Positions 9,983 to 18,588 of a stretch of 64,000 bases of DNA are shown here, one piece after another (position 1 is the stretch's first letter; every line of letters begins with the position of its first letter). This DNA comes from an uncultured Thermotogae bacterium (lineage in GTDB: Bacteria > Bipolaricaulota > Bipolaricaulia > UBA7950 > UBA9294), in the NCBI GenBank assembly GCA_964570515.1, contig CAZMYM010000007.1, forward strand, positions 9,397 to 73,396, given 5' to 3'. The notes beneath the pieces were generated by a model. That model ran no database searches. It worked only from the letters and a program-made list of their open reading frames with translations, and was not told where the DNA came from. The translations under genes and the position numbers were made by a program.

Positions 9983-10477
9983 TTGCGAATCAACGATCGG
10001 ATCACTGCGGCGGAGGCTCGCGTTGTTGACGATGCGGGAGAGAACCTTGGGGTCATGCCGACGAGTGAAGCGCGAGAGCTTGCGAGAGAGAAGGGGCTTG
10101 ATCTCATCGAGGTCGCGCCTCAGGCAAAGCCGCCGGTTTGCAGGATCGCAGACTACGGGAAGTATCAGTATCAACAGGAGAAGCGCGACCGGAAGCAGAG
10201 GCGGCGAACGAAGCTCAAGGAAGTCAAGTTTACGATCAAGATCGGCGAGCATGACTTCGAAACGAAGGTGAATCGAGCTCGCGACTTCCTCTCGCATGGA
10301 GACATGGTGCGAGTGAGCATCTTCTTCAGGGGACGGGAGGTCGTGCATGCGTCTCGTGGCCGCGAGATGCTGAAGCGCGTGGAAGAGAAGCTGAGCGACA
10401 TCGCCCGTGCTGAGGGGCAGCCCTCGGCGAAGGGGCGGATCCTGCAGATAATGTTGGTCCCCACCCAGCAAGGCTGA
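9983..10477 (+). CDS. infC: Translation initiation factor IF-3 (non-AUG start)
   Basis: 'RINDRITAAEARVVDDAGENLGVM...KPPVCRIADYGKYQY'. No in-frame ATG near the N-terminus; TTG 9983 or ATC 9989 follow an AGGAG at 9976-9980. Confidence 0.9.
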   Translation: MRINDRITAAEARVVDDAGENLGVMPTSEARELAREKGLDLIEVAPQAKPPVCRIADYGKYQYQQEKRDRKQRRRTKLKEVKFTIKIGEHDFETKVNRARDFLSHGDMVRVSIFFRGREVVHASRGREMLKRVEEKLSDIARAEGQPSAKGRILQIMLVPTQQG

Positions 10478-10497
10478 AGAGTTCAAGAGGAGAGAGC

Positions 10498-10692
10498 GTG
10501 CCGAAGCAAAAGACGCATTCTGCCGCGAAGAAGCGGTTCAAGCGCTCGAAGAGTGGGAAGCTGCTTCACCACATGTCGAACTACGTTCACAAGAGCCTGA
10601 AGAAGCGGCCCAAGGCAAAGAGACAGGCGCGTGCCGCAAAAGAGCTAGGCGGAGGACAAGAGAAGACGATTACCCGGATGATCGGGAAATAG
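10498..10692 (+). CDS. rpmI: 50S ribosomal protein L35
   Basis: 'MPKQKTHSAAKKRFKRSKSGK'. Confidence 0.95.
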   Translation: MPKQKTHSAAKKRFKRSKSGKLLHHMSNYVHKSLKKRPKAKRQARAAKELGGGQEKTITRMIGK

Positions 10693-10724
10693 CTCTCGCG
10701 GTCGGAGAGACGGAGGACGTTCTA

Positions 10725-11087
10725 ATGCCACGAGCAAGGGGAGGAAGCAAACGCAAGGAGAGCCGTAAGAAGATCATGGCTCTCGCCAAGGGATTCAAGG
10801 GGAAGCGCGGGACGTCGCACCGTATTGCCAAGCAGGCAGTGATGAAGGCGCTGCGCAACAGCTACATCGATCGCAGGCGAAAGAAGAGAGACTTCCGACG
10901 CCTCTGGATCACACGGATTAGCGCGGCGGCAAAGCAGAACGGGACGTCCTACTCCGCCTTCATCGGCGGCCTTGAGCGACGCGGCGTGGCGCTCAACAGG
11001 AAGATGATTGCTGATATCGCGGTCCGAGACGAGGCGACGTTCGTCGTCCTTGCCGAGATGGCGAAGCAAGAAGCGGTCAAGCAGTGA
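10725..11087 (+). CDS. rplT: 50S ribosomal protein L20
   Basis: 'MPRARGGSKRKESRKKIMALAKGFKGKRG...'. Confidence 0.95.
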   Translation: MPRARGGSKRKESRKKIMALAKGFKGKRGTSHRIAKQAVMKALRNSYIDRRRKKRDFRRLWITRISAAAKQNGTSYSAFIGGLERRGVALNRKMIADIAVRDEATFVVLAEMAKQEAVKQ

Positions 11088-11188
11088 TGGAGCGGGTCCG
11101 GCTGGCTCCCACGACACGGAAGTGATGGCCGGATGCTCTCGTAGACGTGGAATGGCTGCTGAGGTGTGCGGGTCAGGAGAAGGCAAAG

Positions 11189-11569
11189 ATGGATGACCGA
11201 ACGGGATGTGTTCGGCTCATCGTGGAGGGAATTGAGTTCGAGGGGCGGCACGGCGTCTACGCGGAGGAACATGAACAGGGGAATCGCTTCCGCCTCGATG
11301 TTGAGATCACGGCGGACCTGTCGTCCGCACTTATCAGCGACCGGCTTGAAGATACCGTCGATTACGGTTCCGTAGTCAGCTTCGTCAAGGAGATCAACCG
11401 GCAGCAACGATTCAACCTCATCGAGTCCTTTGCCGGGGCGATCTCAGCCGGTCTCTTGGTGCGGTTTCCTCGAATCGATGAAGCGCTTGTACGCGTTCGG
11501 AAGCTGGCACCTCCGAGATTGGGGAACACAGTATGCGCAGCGGCAGAAGTGCGCAGGAGCCGCGAGTAG
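11189..11569 (+). CDS. folB: Dihydroneopterin aldolase
   Basis: 'IEFEGRHGVYAEEHEQGNRFRLDVEI...DTVDYGSV'. The ATG at 11189 is preceded by AGGAGAAGG. Confidence 0.85.
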   Translation: MDDRTGCVRLIVEGIEFEGRHGVYAEEHEQGNRFRLDVEITADLSSALISDRLEDTVDYGSVVSFVKEINRQQRFNLIESFAGAISAGLLVRFPRIDEALVRVRKLAPPRLGNTVCAAAEVRRSRE

Positions 11570-12066
11570 GCCGTGTCAGCACCTACCTCTCGCTCGGCTC
11601 GAACCTCGGTGAGCGAGGTGCGAAGCTCGAGGAGGCCCTCGTATCCTTGCGGGAGCGGGGCGTTTCGGTCGCGAAGCGATCGTCGATCTACGAGACGGAG
11701 CCGACGGGAATCCCGGATCAACCGTGGTTTCTCAACCTTGTGGTCTTTGCGAAGACCCTCCATTCTCCGCGTGAGCTGCTGGGCGTGTGCAAACGGATTG
11801 AACAGGAACTCGGCCGCGTGCCGGGACGACGATTCGGCCCACGAGCCCTCGATATCGACGTGCTCCTGTACGAAAGAGAGACGATCGAGGAGGCGGATCT
11901 CGTGGTGCCGCATCCTCGAATGCATCGCAGGCGGTTCGTGTTGATTCCGCTTGTGGAGATTGCGCCGGAGTTGACCGATCCGCGCGACGGGCGGCGATTC
12001 TCGGACATACTCGACGGACTCGGTGAGGGAAAGAAGGTGGTTCGATCAGCGTGGATAGAATCTTGA
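11533..12066 (+). CDS. folK: 2-amino-4-hydroxy-6-hydroxymethyldihydropteridine pyrophosphokinase
   Basis: 'YLSLGSNLG...RFGPRALDIDVLLY...VPHPRMHRRRFVLIPL'. Confidence 0.85.
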   Translation: MRSGRSAQEPRVGRVSTYLSLGSNLGERGAKLEEALVSLRERGVSVAKRSSIYETEPTGIPDQPWFLNLVVFAKTLHSPRELLGVCKRIEQELGRVPGRRFGPRALDIDVLLYERETIEEADLVVPHPRMHRRRFVLIPLVEIAPELTDPRDGRRFSDILDGLGEGKKVVRSAWIES

Positions 12067-13289
12067 TCTCGGTCGACGTCGCCGAGGCGGGCGGTAAGCG
12101 CACGCGAGTGGCTCTCCTCGATGGCGAGCGGCTGATGGAGATCCAATACGGGCACCCCACGCAGGAGAAGATTGTCGGCAACATCTACCGCGGACGGGTG
12201 CAGGACGTTCTCCCTGGCTTGGGGTCGGCGTTCGTGGAGGTCGGGGAGAAGAAGAACCTCTTCCTCTCCCAGAGTGAGATCAACGACCAACTGCTGGTAG
12301 AGAAGGGATTCAAGCCGTGGCAGGCAAACATCCCCATTGCCAAGCTTCTCCGGCCAGGGCAGATGATCACGCTGCAGGTTCGCCGCGAAGGGATCGGGGA
12401 CAAGAACCCGCAAGGGACGATGAAGATCAGCCTTCCGGGTCGGTTCCTGGTCTACCTCCCGACGGAGGACCGGCTCGGTGTTTCTCGCCGGATCGAAGCC
12501 GTGCGTGAACAGCGGCGAATTCGCCGAATCGCGCGTGCGATGAACCGGCCCGGCGAAGGGCTGATTGCACGGACCGCGGCGCAGTGGGCGAGCAAGGCAG
12601 ACCTCGAACGTGACCACGCGCTCCTCGTCGAAACCTGGGAGAGCGTTGCGGCCGCCGCGCGTGGTGCGAAGAAGCCTCGATTGCTCTACAAGGCGATGGG
12701 GATGGTGCAAGGGATCCTTCGCGATCGCCTTGATCCGGAGACGAAGGAAGTGATTGTCGACTCGCCGTTCTTCCACGAGAAGATCCTCTCCTTCCTCGAC
12801 TACATGAGGATGTCCGAGTACAAGGAGCGTGTTCGTGTTCACGATGGGGCACGGCCGCTGTTCGAGGCATCTCAAGTGGAGGAGCAGATCCAGGCGAGCC
12901 TGTCTCGCCGTGTCCGGCTTGCTGGCGGAGGCTCGCTCGTCTTCGACGAGACCGAGGCGCTCATCGCAGTCGACGTCAACACAGGCAGCGACGTGCGGCA
13001 CCGCAACCAGCAGGAGGCGATCCTCAACACCAACCTGGAAGCCGCATCGGAATTGGCTCGACAGCTTCGTCTACGACAAGTGAGCGGGATCATTGTCATC
13101 GATTTCGTGGACATGGACGACCCGAAGAACGTCCAGTGCTTGATCGAGAAGGTGAAGGAGGAACTGAACAAGGACCGCGTTTCCGCCGACTTCGTCGACA
13201 TGACCGCACTCGGTCTGATGGAGATCACGCGGAAGCGGCACGGCGAGAGTCTGGCCGACATGTTGGAGAACGCGCGATTCGAGGCTTGA
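12051..13289 (+). CDS. rng: Ribonuclease E/G family (RNase G-like) with N-terminal S1 domain
   Basis: 'GNIYRGRVQDVLPGLGSAFVEVG', 'LVFDETEALIAVDVNTG', 'IIVIDFVDM'. Confidence 0.85.
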   Translation: MDRILISVDVAEAGGKRTRVALLDGERLMEIQYGHPTQEKIVGNIYRGRVQDVLPGLGSAFVEVGEKKNLFLSQSEINDQLLVEKGFKPWQANIPIAKLLRPGQMITLQVRREGIGDKNPQGTMKISLPGRFLVYLPTEDRLGVSRRIEAVREQRRIRRIARAMNRPGEGLIARTAAQWASKADLERDHALLVETWESVAAAARGAKKPRLLYKAMGMVQGILRDRLDPETKEVIVDSPFFHEKILSFLDYMRMSEYKERVRVHDGARPLFEASQVEEQIQASLSRRVRLAGGGSLVFDETEALIAVDVNTGSDVRHRNQQEAILNTNLEAASELARQLRLRQVSGIIVIDFVDMDDPKNVQCLIEKVKEELNKDRVSADFVDMTALGLMEITRKRHGESLADMLENARFEA

Positions 13290-13412
13290 TCGACCACTCG
13301 GCGCTTCGCGCTCAGTGGCTTGGGCGTCTCTCCCTTTCGGTCGAGAGTCTTGGTACAATGACATTCCGCAGTTGCGCATGAACGATGTCAGTGCAGCCTC
13401 TGGGGGCGGAAT

Positions 13413-13485
13413 GGGCGAATAGCTCAGCTGGGAGAGCGTTCGGGTCACATCCGAAAGGTCGCAGGTTCGAGCCCTGCTTCGCCCA
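13413..13485 (+). tRNA. tRNA-Val (anticodon CAC)
   Basis: Cloverleaf read by eye: acceptor GGGCGAA/TTCGCCC, D-stem GCTC/GAGC, anticodon stem TTCGG/CCGAA with loop GTCACAT, T-arm GCAGG-TTCGAGC-CCTGC. CCA is not encoded. Confidence 0.9.
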
Positions 13486-13494
13486 AGAGACCGA

Positions 13495-13528
13495 GAGGAG
13501 CGATGCTGGAAGGCACGCTCCTCTTTTT
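13495..13528 (+). terminator. Rho-independent terminator after tRNA-Val (possibly bidirectional with ribD)
   Basis: Stem GAGGAGCG...CGCTCCTC followed by TTTTT. Confidence 0.55.
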
Positions 13529-13566
13529 CCGAAGCTCTTGCCGGCTGAGTCTGGCGAAGGCGTGAC

Positions 13567-14652
13567 TCAACCGCGGTCCGGATATCCTGTGACGCAGATG
13601 TCCTCCGCGAGCCTGTCAACGGAGACGTCGCGTAGGCGCCAGGCCTCGGAGATGCGGGCCGCACCGAGGCCTCCAATGGCAGGCGTGGCCTTCCTGCCGC
13701 CGATTAGCATCGGGGCGATGAAGAACGCGACCTTGTCGACGAGCCCGGCCTCCACGAAACGCGCTGCCGTCTCCCCGCCTCCCTCGACCAGGACGGAGTC
13801 GATGGACGCCTCGGCGAGGCGATGGAGGAGAAGCGGCAGATCGAGCAGTCCCTCTTGGAGCGGGAGACGCCAGACGCGGACACCTCGCGAGGTCAATGCG
13901 TGCTCCTTGGCGGCCGACATCGACGAGGTCACAACGATCGCGGAGGCACCGGATCCGAGCAATCGGGCGTTCTGCGGGATCCGGCCGGACGGATCGAGAA
14001 CGATCGGAATCGGATCCCTTCCTGTCACGTGACGCACCGAAAGCTCCGGATCATCGGCGACGACTGTGCCGACGCCAACCAGGACGCTAGCAAACTTACG
14101 CCTCAGTCGATGGGTCTCGGTTCGAGATGCCTCGCCGGAGATCCACTTCGAATCACCGGACCGGGTTGCAATCCGACCATCCAGACTGAGGGCGATCTTC
14201 AGCTGAACGAACGGTCGGCCGGTTGCGGCGAAGCACAGGAAGATCTCGTTTTGCCGCGCGGCCTCCTCGGCAAGAACACCTTCCGTAACTTCGATCCCGG
14301 CTTCGCGTAGACACGCGATCCCCTTCCCATTCACCAGCGCATTGGGATCCCGTATGCCAAGGACGACGCGGGCGACTCCTGCCTCGATGATGCGGTCGGT
14401 GCACGGAGGCGTCTTCCCGCGGTGGCAGCACGGTTCGAGCGTCACGATCAGAGTTGCTCCACGCGAGGCCTCGGCGGCTTCTTCGAGGGCGAAGATTTCT
14501 GCGTGAGCCTCCCCGAAGCGTCGATGGTAGCCGCGGCCGACGATTCGGCCGTCCTTGACGAGCACGGCGCCGACAAGGGGATTCGGGTTGACGTTCCCCT
14601 CGCCAAGCTGCGCAAGATCGAGGGCGAGTCGCATCGCCTCAGCGTTGTTCAC
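13567..14652 (-). CDS. ribD: Bifunctional riboflavin biosynthesis deaminase/reductase RibD
   Basis: 'NPNPLVGAVLVKDGRIVGRGYH...HAEIFAL...TLEPCCHRGKTPPC' and a C-terminal RibD reductase domain. Confidence 0.9.
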   Translation of the reverse strand: MNNAEAMRLALDLAQLGEGNVNPNPLVGAVLVKDGRIVGRGYHRRFGEAHAEIFALEEAAEASRGATLIVTLEPCCHRGKTPPCTDRIIEAGVARVVLGIRDPNALVNGKGIACLREAGIEVTEGVLAEEAARQNEIFLCFAATGRPFVQLKIALSLDGRIATRSGDSKWISGEASRTETHRLRRKFASVLVGVGTVVADDPELSVRHVTGRDPIPIVLDPSGRIPQNARLLGSGASAIVVTSSMSAAKEHALTSRGVRVWRLPLQEGLLDLPLLLHRLAEASIDSVLVEGGGETAARFVEAGLVDKVAFFIAPMLIGGRKATPAIGGLGAARISEAWRLRDVSVDRLAEDICVTGYPDRG

Positions 14653-15296
14653 CGGCGGCCTCCAGCCTCCAGCAAAGCCCGCATCGCCGCCGTACGATCA
14701 GCGGCGCCGAAGATGGCCGAGCCGGCGACGATGATGTCGGCGCCGGCGTCCACGACGTCGGAGACGTTCTCTAAGCGAATGCCTCCGTCGACGGCGATCT
14801 CGATTGGCCGTCCATCGATGCGTTTCTTCAGATCAGCGATCCGTTTCAGCGCATCGGGAAGCAAGGCCTGGCCGCCGAACCCCGGCTCGACGCTCATGAT
14901 CAGAACGAACGTGATCTGGTCGAGGAACGGAGCCAACGCGTCGAGTGGCACTCTCGGGCGCAAAGAGATCCCGATCCGCGCGCCCGTCGAGCGGATTGCA
15001 TCGATCGTCGTGCGGGGCGGGTCGCAGGCCTCCAAGTGGAAGATGATCGTGTCCTCCGGGTTGACGTCAAACTGGGGTGCGTACGTACTCGGATGTTCGA
15101 TCATCAGGTGAATGTCGAACGGCAGGTCGAGCCGGCGATGGAGCGCATTCACCACCGGCGGGCCGAAGGTCAGATTGGGGACGAAGTGCCCGTCCATCAC
15201 GTCCCAGTGGTACCGGTCGGCGAGCGCCGCGACGGAGAGCGCTTCGTTGTACAGATCAGCGAAATCGGCTGAGAGGAGAGACGGAGCGAGCTTCAT
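14649..15296 (-). CDS. rpe: Ribulose-phosphate 3-epimerase
   Basis: 'KLAPSLLSADFADL...HWDVMDGHFVPNLTFG...DGGI'. Confidence 0.9.
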   Translation of the reverse strand: MKLAPSLLSADFADLYNEALSVAALADRYHWDVMDGHFVPNLTFGPPVVNALHRRLDLPFDIHLMIEHPSTYAPQFDVNPEDTIIFHLEACDPPRTTIDAIRSTGARIGISLRPRVPLDALAPFLDQITFVLIMSVEPGFGGQALLPDALKRIADLKKRIDGRPIEIAVDGGIRLENVSDVVDAGADIIVAGSAIFGAADRTAAMRALLEAGGRR

Positions 15297-15979
15297 CGCC
15301 TGCGAGCCGCCGACAGCATGAGAACAAGCTGCAACGCGGCCATGGCGGCGGCGGCGACGTACGTGAGCGCCGCCGCGAACAGGACCTCCTTCACGGCGCC
15401 AATCTCCTCCGTGCTGACGAGCGCCGCTTCGCGCAGGGCCGAGACGGCGCGACGGCTAGCGTCGAACTCGACGGGGAGCGTGACCAGAGTGAACAGGACT
15501 GCGGCCGAGAACAGCAGGATGCCGACGGTGAGAAGGGGTTGGTACTGGAAGACCAAACCGAGGAAGAACAGGGGGAACGCCAACTGCGAACCGAAGCTCG
15601 CGACGGGCACGATGGTCGTTCGCAGCGCGAGAGGCCCAAAACCGCGGGCATGCTGAACGGCGTGACCGGCTTCGTGCGCGGCGACGCCGATCGCAGCGAT
15701 GGACGTCGATTCGGAGGCCGAGAGTCGCAGGACCTTCTTGCGCGGGTCGTAGTGGTCGCCAAGCGAGCGGTTCGTCTCCTCGACGGAGACGTCGGTGATG
15801 GCGGCTCCGGCAAGGATCTTGAGTGCGACACCGCGCGCGGTGATGCCTCCGGTCGAGGGAATGCGAGCGTAGCGGCGATACGTCGATCGGACTCTCCACT
15901 GCGCGTAGAGCGCGAGCACGATCGCCGGTATCAGGATCCATATGCTCGGTCCAAGGAAGAACGATAGCCCGGAATGCAT
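15293..15979 (-). CDS. Membrane zinc metallopeptidase (YugP/Zn_peptidase_2-like)
   Basis: 'GVAAHEAGHAVQH' HExxH motif with flanking TM segments. Confidence 0.8.
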   Translation of the reverse strand: MHSGLSFFLGPSIWILIPAIVLALYAQWRVRSTYRRYARIPSTGGITARGVALKILAGAAITDVSVEETNRSLGDHYDPRKKVLRLSASESTSIAAIGVAAHEAGHAVQHARGFGPLALRTTIVPVASFGSQLAFPLFFLGLVFQYQPLLTVGILLFSAAVLFTLVTLPVEFDASRRAVSALREAALVSTEEIGAVKEVLFAAALTYVAAAAMAALQLVLMLSAARRR

Positions 15980-15980
15980 A

Positions 15981-16388
15981 CTAGTTCCCCTTTTCCTTTC
16001 CCGAAGACCGGACGGCGAGTATACGTCGGGCGATCTTGCTCGACAACAGGTTTCGCCGGACGACGGCCGCAGCGGCGGCGGCTACACAGGCGCCGAGAAG
16101 ATCGAATGCGAGGTCGACCACGTCGGCGTCACGCGCAGGGACGAACATCTGGTGAAACTCGTCACTGCCCGCGTAGAGAGCGGTCACCAAGAGGGCGATC
16201 GAGGTTCGTCCGATCGCCTTTCGCGCGAGGACGTAGAACAGGCCGAACTCGAAGGCATGGAGGACCCAGTCTCGTCCCGGGAAGGAGAGAGGTGCCGGGC
16301 CCTTGCCGAGGGGGAGGCTCGACAAAGCGAAGATGATCCCGGCGTAGCCGACCAGAAGCAGTGTCCAAGTGATCCGGTTTCGAGTCAT
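15981..16388 (-). CDS. VanZ-like membrane protein
   Basis: 'DWVLHAFEFGLFYVL...SDEFHQMFVPARDADVVDLAFDLLG'. I trimmed the ORF-track N-terminus to the ATG at 16388 because the upstream part overlaps rnpB. Confidence 0.7.
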   Translation of the reverse strand: MTRNRITWTLLLVGYAGIIFALSSLPLGKGPAPLSFPGRDWVLHAFEFGLFYVLARKAIGRTSIALLVTALYAGSDEFHQMFVPARDADVVDLAFDLLGACVAAAAAAVVRRNLLSSKIARRILAVRSSGKEKGN

Positions 16389-16399
16389 GTTATGATCGA

Positions 16400-16756
16400 A
16401 GCTCGAGAGAGGGCCGATAAGCCGGATTCTGTCGTGGGAAGACATCCATCTATGCGGCCTACCCGAAGGCTCGGACGGGCAGTCCTCGTGCGCCTTCCTA
16501 TTTGGCCTTGCTCCGACCAGGGTTTGCCGAGCCGGCCCGGTCGCCCGAGCCGCTGGTGGTCTCTTACACCGCCGTTTCACCCTTGCCTGATCCCGAGCTT
16601 GTGGGCTCGGGCCATCGGCGGTCTGCTCTCTGTGGCACTTTCCCGGGGTCGCCCCCGCTGAGATTTCCTCAGTGGCCTGCCCTTTGGAGTCCGGACTTTC
16701 CTCCAGCCACTCAGCCATGCCGAGCAGCCGGCGTCTCCCTGGCCCTCTCTCGCGTC
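16400..16756 (-). ncRNA. rnpB: RNase P RNA (bacterial type A)
   Basis: The minus strand carries the universally conserved 'GGAGGAAAGUCCGGACUCC' (complement of 16687-16705) and 'ACAGAAUCCGGCUUAUCGGCC' (P4 3' strand, about 16411-16431). P1 pairs GAGAGAGGGCC (5' end near 16752) with GGCCCUCUCUC (3' end near 16404). Confidence 0.88.
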
Positions 16757-16802
16757 ATTCCTGTCGTATGCTGCGGCTTGCCGGCGGGAATGAGTCCATC
16801 AC

Positions 16803-17579
16803 TCATCGACGGAAGCCGCATGAGCGGCAGTAGTATACTCGATGGCTTCCGGCGGCCCGCGATCCGGGCGTGTAGCTACCGGTACGGAGAAGATGTCCGC
16901 AACGCGGGCAGATCCGGCGGTGGATTCCCCAGATCAACACTCCGGTGACGCCTAATACGCCGAGAACGATCCATCCGCTGAGCGTGCGCCGCCGGGGCAC
17001 GGACTCGCTCGGAGAGGCGGCTCCGCCCAGATGGCGGGCGAGCCCGTCGAACAGGGCCACCATTGCCTCCTCGATTCTTCGGTGCGCGACGAGGTCGTGG
17101 GTTTCCGAGTGTAGTCTCGCCGGCAAAGAAGAATCCGGGAGCGCCCGGTTCCCAATGATGGCGTGCTCCCACACATCGAGCGTCTTGACGAAGACAGCGA
17201 GGATCACCGGCTCCCGCCCATCGAGTCCCCAGGCTTCGAGGACGGCCTCGCCGAAGCGTTCGGCGTTCGGGAGTGGATTCTCCCAGCTTGCGAGGATGAA
17301 GACAGCGATTCCGAAGCGCGCTTGCGCGTTTTCGATCAGGGCGTTGATTCGATCTCGCCCGTGGCGATCGAGAACGGATCCGTAGTCGGAAACCGCTCCG
17401 ATGGGACGAGGGAGGTCGACTGCCGATGCTGCTGTGAACGCGAGGAACGTGATGGCGGTAAGTGTCGCGATCAGGCGGCGTACAGGATGCGCGAGCAGTG
17501 TTCGCACGTCACCACGCCCATCTCGCCACGCGCCCGCTCGCTTGTGTTGCCGCTGACGCGAAGCTTGCAGCCGGTGCAC
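16803..17579 (-). CDS. TPM-domain (YgcG-like) protein with TM anchor and C-terminal zinc ribbon
   Basis: 'LPRPIGAVSDYGSVLD...' TPM-like start, a TM 'WIVLGVLGVTGVLIWGI', and 'CPRCG...CRSCG'. The start is uncertain; GTG 17507 would reduce the overlap with the upstream gene. Confidence 0.65.
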   Translation of the reverse strand: MHRLQASRQRQHKRAGAWRDGRGDVRTLLAHPVRRLIATLTAITFLAFTAASAVDLPRPIGAVSDYGSVLDRHGRDRINALIENAQARFGIAVFILASWENPLPNAERFGEAVLEAWGLDGREPVILAVFVKTLDVWEHAIIGNRALPDSSLPARLHSETHDLVAHRRIEEAMVALFDGLARHLGGAASPSESVPRRRTLSGWIVLGVLGVTGVLIWGIHRRICPRCGHLLRTGSYTPGSRAAGSHRVYYCRSCGFRR

Positions 17580-18172
17580 GTGCCGTTCCGGATCTCAGCG
17601 ACGGGATGGGCGAACTTGGCGTGCAGGGTCTCGTACTGGGACACCAGGTAGGTCTGAACTGCTTCAGTGACGCGGCCACGCTCGGCAGTCAGCTCAACGA
17701 GCTGCGCGTTCGTCACCTCGATTTCGGCGCGGGCCTCCGAGATCCGGCGGCGAAGGTCGTCCTCCTTCGTCACGAGGTGGGACTCCGCATCGCCTTGCGC
17801 GCGCGCTCTCTCTTCGATGGCGTCCATCAGGGAGAGCGCATCGTCCTCCAATTGGTTGATCCGAGCTCTCTCGCTTTCGATCTTGATGCGGAGGTCCTCC
17901 ATCTCCTTGAAGCTGATGATTCCCTCGTTGAGGCGCTTCTCGTAGCCGCCGATCTGCATGTGGAGGTTGTCGACCTCCAGGTTCTTCATCCGGCTGTCGT
18001 GCTCAAGCGCAGACAAGGCCTCTCTCGACGCGTCGACGGCGGCGCGCTCCGTCTTGATCTGACCATGGAGGCGCTGGGACTCGTCTTCCAGACGGGCAAC
18101 TCTGGCGGCGGCATCGGCGAGATGCTCATCGATTGCCTGAAGGTGAAGGAGCTGCTTGATCTCGGGAAGCAC
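17471..18172 (-). CDS. COG1579-type coiled-coil protein with C-terminal C4 zinc ribbon
   Basis: 'LLHLQAIDEHLADAAARVARLE...', a long coiled coil, and 'CTGCKLRV...CEHCSRILY'. Confidence 0.75.
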   Translation of the reverse strand: MLPEIKQLLHLQAIDEHLADAAARVARLEDESQRLHGQIKTERAAVDASREALSALEHDSRMKNLEVDNLHMQIGGYEKRLNEGIISFKEMEDLRIKIESERARINQLEDDALSLMDAIEERARAQGDAESHLVTKEDDLRRRISEARAEIEVTNAQLVELTAERGRVTEAVQTYLVSQYETLHAKFAHPVAEIRNGTCTGCKLRVSGNTSERARGEMGVVTCEHCSRILYAA

Positions 18173-18273
18173 AATCCCCTCGCGCAGTATCGTCAGTTGC
18201 GAACGACTATACGGAGGCGCCGGGCGGCGCGCAAGGGGATCTTAGAGAGGCTCAGGGTGAGGGGGCCTGGAAA

Positions 18274-18588
18274 CTAGGGCTGGAGGCCGAAGCCTTGCGC
18301 AAGGGGCCCGAGTCGTTTCTCCGCCGCTTCGCGTGCCTGCTTTTGCGCCTCCTGCACCGCGGCGATGACGAGATCGACGAGCATTTCCGCGTCCTCCGGG
18401 TCGATGACCTCCGGTTCGATGGAAAGGTCGGCCAGGTCTCCACGCCCGGTCACTGTGGCGGTGACCATGCCGCCTCCGGCGGTCGCAGCGATCCTCATCT
18501 CCGCGATCTCCGCTTGAGTCTGCTCCAGCTCCTGCTGGATTTGCTTGGCCTGTTTCATCAAGTGGCCGAGATTGCCGAGGCTCTTCAC
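18274..18588 (-). CDS. ybaB: Nucleoid-associated protein YbaB/EbfC
   Basis: 'LGNLGHLMKQAKQIQQELEQTQAEI...GGGMVTATVTG'. Confidence 0.9.
   Translation of the reverse strand: MKSLGNLGHLMKQAKQIQQELEQTQAEIAEMRIAATAGGGMVTATVTGRGDLADLSIEPEVIDPEDAEMLVDLVIAAVQEAQKQAREAAEKRLGPLAQGFGLQP

Noticed and set aside
11718-13001. 427-aa minus-strand ORF, together with similar ones at 3596-4579, 47728-49002 and 41234-42850
   Set aside because: All are antisense or out of frame relative to confidently identified genes (folK/rng, the large OMP, the SSS symporter, the fusion oxidoreductase) and have Arg/Pro/Gly-biased composition.
16388-16948. N-terminal extension of the VanZ-like ORF (to 16718) and the 148-aa plus ORF at 16502-16948
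   Set aside because: Both lie on the RNase P RNA locus, and the conserved RNA motifs explain the sequence.
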